A stretch of 64,000 nucleotides of DNA from an uncultured virus (IMG/VR IMGVR_UViG_3300002514_000019) (lineage: Duplodnaviria; Heunggongvirae; Uroviricota; Caudoviricetes): IMG/VR virus record IMGVR_UViG_3300002514_000019, positions 1-64,000 of that record; one strand, written 5' to 3'. Made by a program: the position numbers and the translations under genes. The notes under the pieces were generated by a model, which saw nothing but the letters and a program-made list of their open reading frames with translations, ran no database searches and was not told the DNA's origin. Shown here in pieces: positions 18,521 to 27,186 of the stretch. Each line of letters opens with the position of its first letter. Positions within the stretch are counted from its first letter, which is position 1.

Positions 18521-19063
18521 CTATGCAATAACATCAGTATAAGACTTACCCATAGTCAATACTTCACCCAATGTCTGGGCCCTTATGTCTTTCGTGGTTT
18601 TTCGCGGGCTGAGTGTGTTTTCACCTACAAATGGGGTCTTGTTTGGAGGGGGAGCATTATCACCTGACATAAAATCCGCAGGAGGTGCCGGTACTTTATT
18701 TGGATCCACACCATTTCCTTCACCAGGAGATACAGGATTAGGAACGTATGCGTTTGCCGGATCACCGGGCTTGGCGTATTTGAAGCCAGCAAGATCAAGC
18801 GACTTCATTTCCTCACCCTCATTACCCAGGAACTTTGTCCATACTGGCTTGTCAAACTGGAAACCATTCTCCACCTTACCAGATATAACCGCCTCGTATA
18901 TCGCTACAGCCGCTGTGTCGGTGTAATTTTCTGCTCCATACATTGGACTGCCCGGAAAGCACGCAGTTAACAAGTTGGAATCAGAGGTAGAATAACCAGC
19001 AACTGTTCCTAGGCTTTGGTTTGTTTTGGTTGGCATGTCCACCATATTTTGTTTTTTTGACAT
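18521..19063 (-). CDS. Pro-rich hypothetical protein (head module)
   Basis: 180 aa; GGAG RBS; AYVPNPVSPGEG, ENTLSP, LTMGKSYT. Confidence 0.6.
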   Translation of the reverse strand: MSKKQNMVDMPTKTNQSLGTVAGYSTSDSNLLTACFPGSPMYGAENYTDTAAVAIYEAVISGKVENGFQFDKPVWTKFLGNEGEEMKSLDLAGFKYAKPGDPANAYVPNPVSPGEGNGVDPNKVPAPPADFMSGDNAPPPNKTPFVGENTLSPRKTTKDIRAQTLGEVLTMGKSYTDVIA

Positions 19064-19102
19064 CTTTAGTCTCCAAAATTTTGCATGTTAATCATGCATG
19101 TA

Positions 19103-19384
19103 TTACTTAAGTCTCTTAATTACTCTAGCACGTAACTTTCTTTTAACTTCATTAACTCGCTTAAGGCTCTTGCGCAGGCGTGATTCCTTTATCTTAAGTG
19201 CCTTCATCCAATCCACATCTTGTTCAATGGTGCCTGCCATTTCATCAGCATCGACCTCATCAGTCTTTGCAGCAGCTTTTTCTACGCTCTCTTCACCAAG
19301 CTCTAATGATTCTAACATTTTTCTACGTTCTCTAAGAACCAGCTTCTTTAATAAAGCTGGAGTTAATTTTTTTACCTTCGCCAT
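19103..19384 (-). CDS. Small putative prohead core / internal protein
   Basis: 93 aa; AAGGAG RBS; LKKLVLRE..MLE and IKE candidate protease sites; charged and helical. Confidence 0.55.
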   Translation of the reverse strand: MAKVKKLTPALLKKLVLRERRKMLESLELGEESVEKAAAKTDEVDADEMAGTIEQDVDWMKALKIKESRLRKSLKRVNEVKRKLRARVIKRLK

Positions 19385-19452
19385 TGTGTATCTCCTTTTA
19401 AATGAGGCATATTAATATTTATTACGAAATTTTGTTTTTATCAGCAACAATG

Positions 19453-19899
19453 TCATCTAATTTTTTTTTCTGCAAATGCTAGGTCTGCCCAATTAGTGGC
19501 CGACTCACCAAAAAGATCCATGGGATCAGCAGAAGCAGCTGCGCGGGTGGCAGAATCTGCCATGCCCAATTGGGACCCTCCCCTCTCAGCGTCAATCTGT
19601 TCTTGCAACGTACCCATTGCCGTATCTGCAAAAATAGAAGCCATGACAGGATCTGCTGTTAATGTATTAACTGTCTGGTGCACACGCTCTTCATGCTTTT
19701 CCTGCTTGCTTCCAAATGTTATATGGTCCAGTGCAGGTCTCGAATTAATTATTGATTTTTTTTGTGTTTTCTTGCGAGGCTTTCCTCTTTTATTCGACTC
19801 ATTCACTAAGTCAGAGCCGCCAGCTAATCCCTCCGCTAGAATCTCAACCAAACACTCTTTAACTATTCCCTTAAGTTTTTCTCTAGATAACCTTGCCAT
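19453..19899 (-). CDS. Putative prohead core / internal protein
   Basis: Starts MARLSREKLKGIVKECLVEILAE; directly downstream of the prohead protease gene. Confidence 0.55.
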   Translation of the reverse strand: MARLSREKLKGIVKECLVEILAEGLAGGSDLVNESNKRGKPRKKTQKKSIINSRPALDHITFGSKQEKHEERVHQTVNTLTADPVMASIFADTAMGTLQEQIDAERGGSQLGMADSATRAAASADPMDLFGESATNWADLAFAEKKIR

Positions 19900-19904
19900 T
19901 ATTT

Positions 19905-20513
19905 TTACTCGTCCCAATCCAGTATATCATTAAAAACCCTATCAACCCTATCGCTTTTGTTAAAGTATGTCTTTAACTGTTTGCTGGATAATTCTTTTCC
20001 TTCTGACATCATAAAAGCACCGGGGGTGGAGGGTTCGGAGACAAAGTCCCAGCATATTAACTGAAAATCATCTTGTACCACATCATAATCGCCATCCCTG
20101 CGTGTGCTTCCTACCCCCCTAGACGAGATACCCAGGGTTACCCCGGACTCTACTAAGCTTTGAAGAATTTTCCCACAAGGTGTATCAAGCAGCTCTACAT
20201 TTCCATAACATACATCACCGTCCATCCATGCTTCTCTCACAATATGAGAAACATTTTTTAATTCAACAACTGAGGAGTCTGGGTGATCACATTCACCTAG
20301 TGCACGGTTCTCTCGAATAAACTTTTGATAATTTCTTACTTCTCTCTCTAAAATAGGCAGAGGATAAATACGTCCGTTTTGATTTAAGGTATCAGCTTTT
20401 TGTAACACCCCCTTAAGGATAACTTTTCCATTATTTGTATCTCGTGACTCTTTTATCATATCCTCGGAATATTCAAAGGGTCTCCAGTCTGAAAGTACTT
20501 TTAGTTTACTCAT
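19905..20513 (-). CDS. Prohead core protease (T4 gp21-like)
   Basis: LKGVLQKADTLNQNGRIYP, ALGECDHP, VSH, LGISSRGVGS, WDFVSEPSTPGAF catalytic motifs. Confidence 0.95.
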   Translation of the reverse strand: MSKLKVLSDWRPFEYSEDMIKESRDTNNGKVILKGVLQKADTLNQNGRIYPLPILEREVRNYQKFIRENRALGECDHPDSSVVELKNVSHIVREAWMDGDVCYGNVELLDTPCGKILQSLVESGVTLGISSRGVGSTRRDGDYDVVQDDFQLICWDFVSEPSTPGAFMMSEGKELSSKQLKTYFNKSDRVDRVFNDILDWDE

Positions 20514-20517
20514 TAAA

Positions 20518-21378
20518 CTACTCCTCTTCTAAAAGCGTTTGTTTTAGACGGCTTATCGTCAATAGTTTTGTAACCGTGGCATCGGTTATATTTTTAATAT
20601 CAACTGCCAATATCTTTGACTTGACATCATTGACCTTTTCATTCAAAATCGAATTACTAGTTTTTCTCATGAACTGATCGATTTCTTGTAATGTGTCACT
20701 CTTAATACTGTTAAATACCTTTCCTAAAGAGCTATGTGAGCCCTCATTTAACGCATATTCTCTTATAATCCTGGTTTGCTCAGAGTTCAATGTACTGTAA
20801 TATTTCTTATTAAATTTCTCTGTCATTAATCGTACGGTAAGTGTATCAATACGTCCAGAGATATCACGTTCCGTTGTATCGTTCATTGCGTGGTCAGGGA
20901 CCACGGGACTTTCACTTAATAATCTTTTGCATACGCCATCTTCATACTCTGCAATCCTGCCAATGTCTTTGCTTCCTGCTCTCCAGTCGTTGAGCAACGT
21001 TTGGATAGTAGCATAGTCTCGATAGTTGGAAACTCTTCTATTATAAAAATTACTTTCGTTAATAAGATGATTAATTTCCTTGATCAACAATGACTTTTGC
21101 TTTCTAAGCTCTTGCTTGTCAAATTTGGTCGATGCCTTTTTTGATTCCATGATTATACGATTAGCAATAACAGGATTCTCTACACGAGTGCGGACCAGGG
21201 AATTAAACAATCTAAACTCTTTGTACAGTTCAGTGCCTGGCCGGAAGTGCCTGCGGATCAACGATAAGATAGTATTACCTCTCTTCACGTCAGATGCAAC
21301 AATTGACTCAGACATTGCCTGAACCAATTGTTCAAAGATTATTCCTATATTTCTTTTTTTATTATGTGTCTTATTCAT
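20518..21378 (-). CDS. Hypothetical head-assembly protein between portal and protease
   Basis: MNKTHNKKRNIGIIFEQL start overlapping the portal stop; several (L/I/M)-x-E sites. Confidence 0.6.
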   Translation of the reverse strand: MNKTHNKKRNIGIIFEQLVQAMSESIVASDVKRGNTILSLIRRHFRPGTELYKEFRLFNSLVRTRVENPVIANRIIMESKKASTKFDKQELRKQKSLLIKEINHLINESNFYNRRVSNYRDYATIQTLLNDWRAGSKDIGRIAEYEDGVCKRLLSESPVVPDHAMNDTTERDISGRIDTLTVRLMTEKFNKKYYSTLNSEQTRIIREYALNEGSHSSLGKVFNSIKSDTLQEIDQFMRKTSNSILNEKVNDVKSKILAVDIKNITDATVTKLLTISRLKQTLLEEE

Positions 21379-23362
21379 CGAGATCATTCTCCAAAACAAT
21401 ATCGAGTGACATTACTGTCTCCTCTTTCTCTTCCGATAACAAGCCGTCCTTTTTAATACTTATGGCATTCGACAAGTTATTTAAAATTGTTTGGACTTCA
21501 TTTGTCATCTTTGTGTTGGTGTCTATTTTCTTATCCAAGAAATCATCCATAAATGCCTCACTATTTTCGCCTAAAGGGTTGTTAAAGAAATCTTTATCAA
21601 AAGGACGATTTAGCGTGTCCTGTGTTCGTGCACGCTTGCCCACTGCTGTCATTTTTGCAAAATCCGGCATATGAGTTTTTGAAGCACCAGCAGTAGTTGT
21701 GCGGCGCTTCTCTATTGGTTCATTGAAAACATTTCGAATTTGATTATGTGCCTTTTGAGGGGCATCATCATCGTTCATTGACATTGCGGGAATCTCATCT
21801 AGATCATCTAGATCCTCCAGCCCCTCACCTGAATCGCTTGTTCCGGGTAAGGCTGTCAACAGCTTTTCTTCATCCTTTATGTCGGCCGCAAATAGACCAC
21901 CTTCCTCATCTCCACCGGCTTCATCTCCTCCGGTGTCACCAGCAGCGGGCTCAGCAGCTGCCGTTGCCTCAGTTGCTGCCGTTTCCAGCTCAGCGTCGCG
22001 GACCTTGTCTTCTTCCTTGCCTTTCTCAATCTCTTCTATATCATAGTTGGTAAGTCCCATTACATTCTTTCGAATCCATCGACGATCAACTAGACCTTCT
22101 GGGGCAGTACCTGCAATTTCAAACTTGGTACGTATTAACTCAAGCTTTTGTTGCTGTGCGATTGATGAAGGGTTAGATAGTTTAAGATCAAAATCGACCA
22201 AATCATCACCCTCATAGCCATGACAAAATAAATGAATCATAGCTAGTTTATTAAGCTCAGCAATCACGGTCTTTTGAATTCGTTGAATCGTTCTAGAAAA
22301 GCGAATATCCTCCTGTGCAAGAGTTGCCTTAGCACCGACCTCTTCATCATATCCCAGATATGCTCTAGGTATCTTTAGGGCCGCGAAGAGCTTTTTTTGG
22401 ATATACTCTACATCTTCTATGGCAGCCGTATTCTGGCCACCTGCTAGAGTATCAATCCTGGTTCCAGACTCGCCGCCACGTACTGGTAAAAAATAATCTT
22501 CATCAACAGACAACGGGTTGTATCTTAAATCTACCTGGCCTGTTGATTTATCAATTACCTGGTTTCTTTTTAGTGATGTCTGTGCTTGCTCAAGGTATTC
22601 GCCCACGTTTTCCGGAGGAACATTTCCTACATCAATATAAAATACCCTACGCTCAGGCGCGCGGATTACGCGATAGACCAGCATCGCATCTTCTATTAAA
22701 ATAAGCTGGCGCCAAATTCTCCTCGAAGACTCTAGTACTGACGATCCGTATGGTAGGAATGCATCATTACCTAAGAGCCTAAAGTGGGATATTTGCCAGT
22801 TTTCTAAGACTGTATTTCCCTGTGTGAGCCACCTAAATCGCACGGCAGACGGATTGTTAGGATCAAAGCCCTCTTCACGCTCTATCTCTGAAATTGCTAT
22901 AGGAAATGCGTTGATGACTCCGTACTCCGGAGAAACATCATTGAACAGAAAGAAGTCACCATACTTGCATAAGTTTCTTATCCACATGCATAAATTAAAC
23001 TCGATGTTTAAAGTATCATAAAAAAGTTCATCTAATATCTCCTGGACCATCCTATTCTCAGAATAAATGTGTAACATCCTACCCCGATCATCCGGGGATG
23101 CAGTCTCTTCCGCATATATGTCTAATGCAGACGCAATCTCCGGTGTGGCCTCCATTTCACTAAAGTCACTGTATCGTGACATTCTATCGAATGCACCGTA
23201 TGCGCTTAACGTACTATTGTAAACGTCACTATGCGCCCTTCTAAATATTTCCAGGGCGGTGGATGCCATTGGTTCATTAAAGTTTCTAACTTTTCTTTTA
23301 ACGATTGGGCCTGCCCTGAATAACTGGGTCAGTCTCTGAAATAGTGATTGTTTTCTAGCCAT
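21371..23362 (-). CDS. Portal protein (T4 gp20-like)
   Basis: PEIASALDIYAEE, LIEDAMLVYRVIRAPERRVFYIDVGNVPP, EDYFLPVRG, IDTLAGG, DVEYIQKKLFAALKIP. Confidence 0.96.
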   Translation of the reverse strand: MARKQSLFQRLTQLFRAGPIVKRKVRNFNEPMASTALEIFRRAHSDVYNSTLSAYGAFDRMSRYSDFSEMEATPEIASALDIYAEETASPDDRGRMLHIYSENRMVQEILDELFYDTLNIEFNLCMWIRNLCKYGDFFLFNDVSPEYGVINAFPIAISEIEREEGFDPNNPSAVRFRWLTQGNTVLENWQISHFRLLGNDAFLPYGSSVLESSRRIWRQLILIEDAMLVYRVIRAPERRVFYIDVGNVPPENVGEYLEQAQTSLKRNQVIDKSTGQVDLRYNPLSVDEDYFLPVRGGESGTRIDTLAGGQNTAAIEDVEYIQKKLFAALKIPRAYLGYDEEVGAKATLAQEDIRFSRTIQRIQKTVIAELNKLAMIHLFCHGYEGDDLVDFDLKLSNPSSIAQQQKLELIRTKFEIAGTAPEGLVDRRWIRKNVMGLTNYDIEEIEKGKEEDKVRDAELETAATEATAAAEPAAGDTGGDEAGGDEEGGLFAADIKDEEKLLTALPGTSDSGEGLEDLDDLDEIPAMSMNDDDAPQKAHNQIRNVFNEPIEKRRTTTAGASKTHMPDFAKMTAVGKRARTQDTLNRPFDKDFFNNPLGENSEAFMDDFLDKKIDTNTKMTNEVQTILNNLSNAISIKKDGLLSEEKEETVMSLDIVLENDLDE

Positions 23363-23420
23363 CTTTAACCTTTTCGTGCTCTTAATATCATTTTAATTAA
23401 ATTCATAATTTTGAATTGTA

Positions 23421-24749
23421 CTATATTTCCGCCGCATGTGTATTATATCCTTTTGATCGGAGGAATTTCGCCAGTGAGTGTGTTTGACCCTCTTTTGTTA
23501 ACGGTATCGGTACCTTATAATATAATATCGTACGTGCGTGGTGGAAAAGCGCAGTGCGCGACTTTCGCGGGCTTATAGGACACGCCACGGGCATGCCCTC
23601 ACCCTCTGCTATCACGGTCAAGTCAGGTAGAAACATAAATTCCTCAAAAAAATTATCGTCCCATGGTACACGGTCCATGCGGAGGAGATGGAACGGGCGT
23701 GGCCAATCAGGCCATTGCCTCTTAAACGTTGTCTTCCCGTTTTCAGTTTTTAACTCAACACAACATGCGGTTCCCCTAAATATAAATTTTTGATCATCAA
23801 CAGCATCACGAAAGTATCCTGTGCCGTGTTGATAGTCAAAATACCGGCGATTCAAAGTATAAAATGATGTAGATATGCGGTGAATCTCCTTATGGTATAG
23901 CCCTATAGAAGCTGGTGACATTTCTGCCAGCGAATGAATGTTAATGACGATATCGATCGCCTTTGATTCTATCTTAGGGATATCATGGGCGCCTATAAAC
24001 CAGACCCCGGGATTATCATCACCGGTGGCCAGTAATGTATCTTTGTCTATCGTGTCCAGATCCCTATTGTCCATATAGCTGTGTATCTTCTCACCAGGTA
24101 AGGTTTTAGGTAAGTAATTACTAGAAACAACTAAAGACTCAGGAAGATCACACGCCACATAACAGATCAGCGGATTGGCTTTCTTTAATATGTATCCCAT
24201 TCTACCCCATCCCGAACCTAGGTCTAATACCGTAGTTCGCTCAGATAATATATGAGGAGCACATCCTATAATTGACAGCACACTCCACATTGATAAGACG
24301 TGATCCCATGTTAATAAAACACCCTTGTACTTAAAAGAATCGGTTGTTGGGTATGCATCAATTTGTGTTACAGTGTCAGCATGTGGTAGTGTACAACACA
24401 AGTCGTACAATGACATTACTGATTTTTTCCAAGCAGGTGTGTTAGGCTTATCCGTGAGTATACCTTCACGGAGGGACTGATATTGTTTAACCTTATAAAT
24501 AGAGTCAACCAGGTTTTTGTAATAAATGTTATAAACATCGGAGCTTGAGGGTCGCATCGAATAATGTGAATTAATGTTCAACGAGGGGACATCAACAATT
24601 TGTTGTGGCGTCATATTTTCAATATAAGGTTTTATCTTTTCCGTAGGTGACCACTGATCGTTGCGAAAGGGTTCTCTTGCGTTTAGGGCATCGGCCTTCA
24701 TAGTGGTATAGAGCTCCATGATGCTACTCTTACCTATCTCGTCACGCAT
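23421..24749 (-). CDS. Class I SAM-dependent methyltransferase, putative sugar O-methyltransferase
   Basis: VLDLGSGWGRMGY (SAM motif I), YVACDLPESLVVSSNYL, DIVINIHSLAEMS resemble the putative sugar O-methyltransferase family (TIGR04371-like); GAGGTG RBS before ATG 24749. Confidence 0.75.
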   Translation of the reverse strand: MRDEIGKSSIMELYTTMKADALNAREPFRNDQWSPTEKIKPYIENMTPQQIVDVPSLNINSHYSMRPSSSDVYNIYYKNLVDSIYKVKQYQSLREGILTDKPNTPAWKKSVMSLYDLCCTLPHADTVTQIDAYPTTDSFKYKGVLLTWDHVLSMWSVLSIIGCAPHILSERTTVLDLGSGWGRMGYILKKANPLICYVACDLPESLVVSSNYLPKTLPGEKIHSYMDNRDLDTIDKDTLLATGDDNPGVWFIGAHDIPKIESKAIDIVINIHSLAEMSPASIGLYHKEIHRISTSFYTLNRRYFDYQHGTGYFRDAVDDQKFIFRGTACCVELKTENGKTTFKRQWPDWPRPFHLLRMDRVPWDDNFFEEFMFLPDLTVIAEGEGMPVACPISPRKSRTALFHHARTILYYKVPIPLTKEGQTHSLAKFLRSKGYNTHAAEI

Positions 24750-24876
24750 GCGTCTCACCTCACCACACTATAAATGTATTTACAAGTATATTTCGCCAGC
24801 ATGTTTTTTATACTGAAAACTTGGAGAAAGTTTAAACAAGAGTTATAGGGACCAGCCGGTATTACCATAATATAAT

Positions 24877-26475
24877 TTAAAGCAGCCATGACATATCACC
24901 ATAAACTGGATGAATTGAACCTGACGTTTCAGGTAAACTATTCATGACGATTGGTCGCCGGGGATCCATTCGCCTATGAACAAATGGACTGCGAGGTGAT
25001 ATATTGTCATTTTTGTTATTAACCCCAAACCCATCTAGCATAGCCTTATTAAGATCTGAGGTATTCTTACTATAGTAGACATTCGTGTCATATAACCACA
25101 CACCTATCGCCAACGCCATAACTAGATCATCATTTTTACCTTTCATTGCCTGGGCCTTAGAACCCTTCCAAATAAATGTTTTCATCTCTTCGTAAAGGCG
25201 TGATGAATAAAGCTTAATCTGTTTGTTTCTAATTACCTCTTCCAATTTTGTCAATATCTGATTTCTGCTTTGGCCAGAAGTTGTAAACCCGATTTTGTGT
25301 AAATTAGAGTCTGAGGTGTACATGCTGGCAAACTTGTCCTTGGGGTTTTTGTAATAAAGGTTCGGATAGTTCAGTTCTGATAGTTTCATCACAACAGCGT
25401 AGCCGTACGTATTATTTTCCGGACATAATAATGCATTATTGTATCTTTTGGCCGCCTCATTTAATAGTATTGCAAATTGATCCGGGGGTACTTTTCCCTT
25501 ATACTCTGCGACGACCTCCGACTCATTAACATCTATTACATGAAATGTTGAATAATCAGCAGCATCACCCCTTGCAACATCAGCCGATATTACATAGTCA
25601 TGCTCAGTGAGTGAGTATTTCCACACCCACACACCCATGTCAGGACCCCATCGTTCTAGAGGTTGACGAACTGATGTCCTTATAAAATCTAAATCCTCTG
25701 CACCTAGATAGGTCTCTCCAGAAGCGGCAAAATCGCACAAGAGCTCTTGTGCGATTTGCTTTTGGCTCATATTCTTAGTTTCAGTCTCAAACCACTCGTC
25801 ATCTCTCTCCGGATGTACGTCCCAAGGAAGCTTTATAGGATTAAACTCATTCTCGCCAGCTTCGGCTTTTACATATAGATCATAGTATTGGCCACCGACA
25901 CCATTAGGGGTTGAAAGCACGATGGCGCGACCACCTGTTGACAGCGTAGGATAGAGGCCCATCCACAACTCATCAAAGTTTCTGACAAATGCGGCCTCAT
26001 CGACGATTAGTAATGTTAGAGCTTCTGAACGACCTGCATCATCCGAAGTAGGAATAGCCTTGATTTGAGAACCATTGCTGAATTCTATACTTTGCTTATT
26101 ATTTGAAACAATTTCAGGAAGAATAATCCACGGAGGCAAGTTCCTTAGAGCAACTTTCACTTTTTTAATAAAATTCATTGCAACGCTGAGCTTTGTTGCA
26201 ATAACTAAGACATTTTTATCTTTATAAAAAATTGTTTGCCAGACGGCATATGCAGCGCTTAACGTTGATATCCCTAGCTGCCTGGACTTTAAGATAATAT
26301 TAAAGCGATTCTCAACGAATTGTTCCACACATTCATCTTGAAACTTGTATGTGTCAAATGACACGAGGCCCTTAGTTGGATGTTGAATCTTTACGTACTT
26401 ATTTAAAAAATAGGTTGGATCCTTACCACACTTTACTATTTCTTTTATCTGTCGTTGTTTGTTGTTGGGTGCCAT
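24877..26475 (-). CDS. Terminase large subunit (T4 gp17-like)
   Basis: Walker A KSRQLGIST, Walker B LLIVDEAAF, motif III LSTPNG, nuclease motifs ISADVARG and NDDLVMALAI. Confidence 0.96.
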   Translation of the reverse strand: MAPNNKQRQIKEIVKCGKDPTYFLNKYVKIQHPTKGLVSFDTYKFQDECVEQFVENRFNIILKSRQLGISTLSAAYAVWQTIFYKDKNVLVIATKLSVAMNFIKKVKVALRNLPPWIILPEIVSNNKQSIEFSNGSQIKAIPTSDDAGRSEALTLLIVDEAAFVRNFDELWMGLYPTLSTGGRAIVLSTPNGVGGQYYDLYVKAEAGENEFNPIKLPWDVHPERDDEWFETETKNMSQKQIAQELLCDFAASGETYLGAEDLDFIRTSVRQPLERWGPDMGVWVWKYSLTEHDYVISADVARGDAADYSTFHVIDVNESEVVAEYKGKVPPDQFAILLNEAAKRYNNALLCPENNTYGYAVVMKLSELNYPNLYYKNPKDKFASMYTSDSNLHKIGFTTSGQSRNQILTKLEEVIRNKQIKLYSSRLYEEMKTFIWKGSKAQAMKGKNDDLVMALAIGVWLYDTNVYYSKNTSDLNKAMLDGFGVNNKNDNISPRSPFVHRRMDPRRPIVMNSLPETSGSIHPVYGDMSWLL

Positions 26476-26849
26476 TAAACATCAACTTGCACATCCACAA
26501 AACGTCGATAGCATGCAATCTTTCGAGGTGAATTTGACGTGGCCTGTACTAACTCTAAATCATCTCTTGATGAAAGCTCATTAATTTTTAATGTGTTATC
26601 TGTTATGTCACGAAAGTCTTTCTTTAAATTGCTAAGTTTATTTTTTAGTCTCGCAATAGACTCTTCGGCAACAAGGTTGACCTGATCTCTCATACTTCTT
26701 TCGCACGCAAAATAAACCATGGTACTAAATTTTAACGAAAGAACGTCACCCTGTAGTGTGCCTGTTACGGTCGAAGTTCCTCCGCCACTTTTTCCAAACG
26801 TTGTGTTTAAAAGATTCCCTAATATGTTAACGTCATTTGTGCTTAGCAT
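26475..26849 (-). CDS. Hypothetical protein
   Basis: 124 aa; AAGGAG RBS; TAATG overlap with the terminase start. Confidence 0.6.
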   Translation of the reverse strand: MLSTNDVNILGNLLNTTFGKSGGGTSTVTGTLQGDVLSLKFSTMVYFACERSMRDQVNLVAEESIARLKNKLSNLKKDFRDITDNTLKINELSSRDDLELVQATSNSPRKIACYRRFVDVQVDV

Positions 26850-26886
26850 TTATTGCTCCTTACTGGTATAATAATTATGCCTATCT

Positions 26887-27186
26887 TTATATATCTGCTA
26901 TATAGCTGTACTGTTCTTTTCTCTTTTTGACTAAAGTATCAATCCGTTCCTGAGCCGGCCGCCAGCCCTCTTTCCATTTCTCACGGTTGGGCTCGGCAAA
27001 ATATGATGAACAAATTGAACAACACCCAAACTCTCTAAACTTAATTATATCTCCCTGATCCCTCATTAAATACTCACATATAGGGCAGCACAGAGGTACT
27101 GGATATTCGCTTACTGCGGGTGATACGATAAAAATGTCTTTCTTTTTTACCACTACTCTTTTGTCATTGCTGTCTTCTTTATTCAT
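26887..27186 (-). CDS. Small putative zinc-binding protein
   Basis: CPIC...CCSIC cysteine pairs, KWKEGWRP; overlaps the end of the Mre11-Rad50 gene. Confidence 0.6.
   Translation of the reverse strand: MNKEDSNDKRVVVKKKDIFIVSPAVSEYPVPLCCPICEYLMRDQGDIIKFREFGCCSICSSYFAEPNREKWKEGWRPAQERIDTLVKKRKEQYSYIADI

Noticed and set aside
24755..24868. 37-codon minus-strand ORF (MVIPAGPYNSCLNF...) upstream of the methyltransferase
   Set aside because: No RBS, overlaps the promoter-like motif and the repeat, and is short enough to arise by chance
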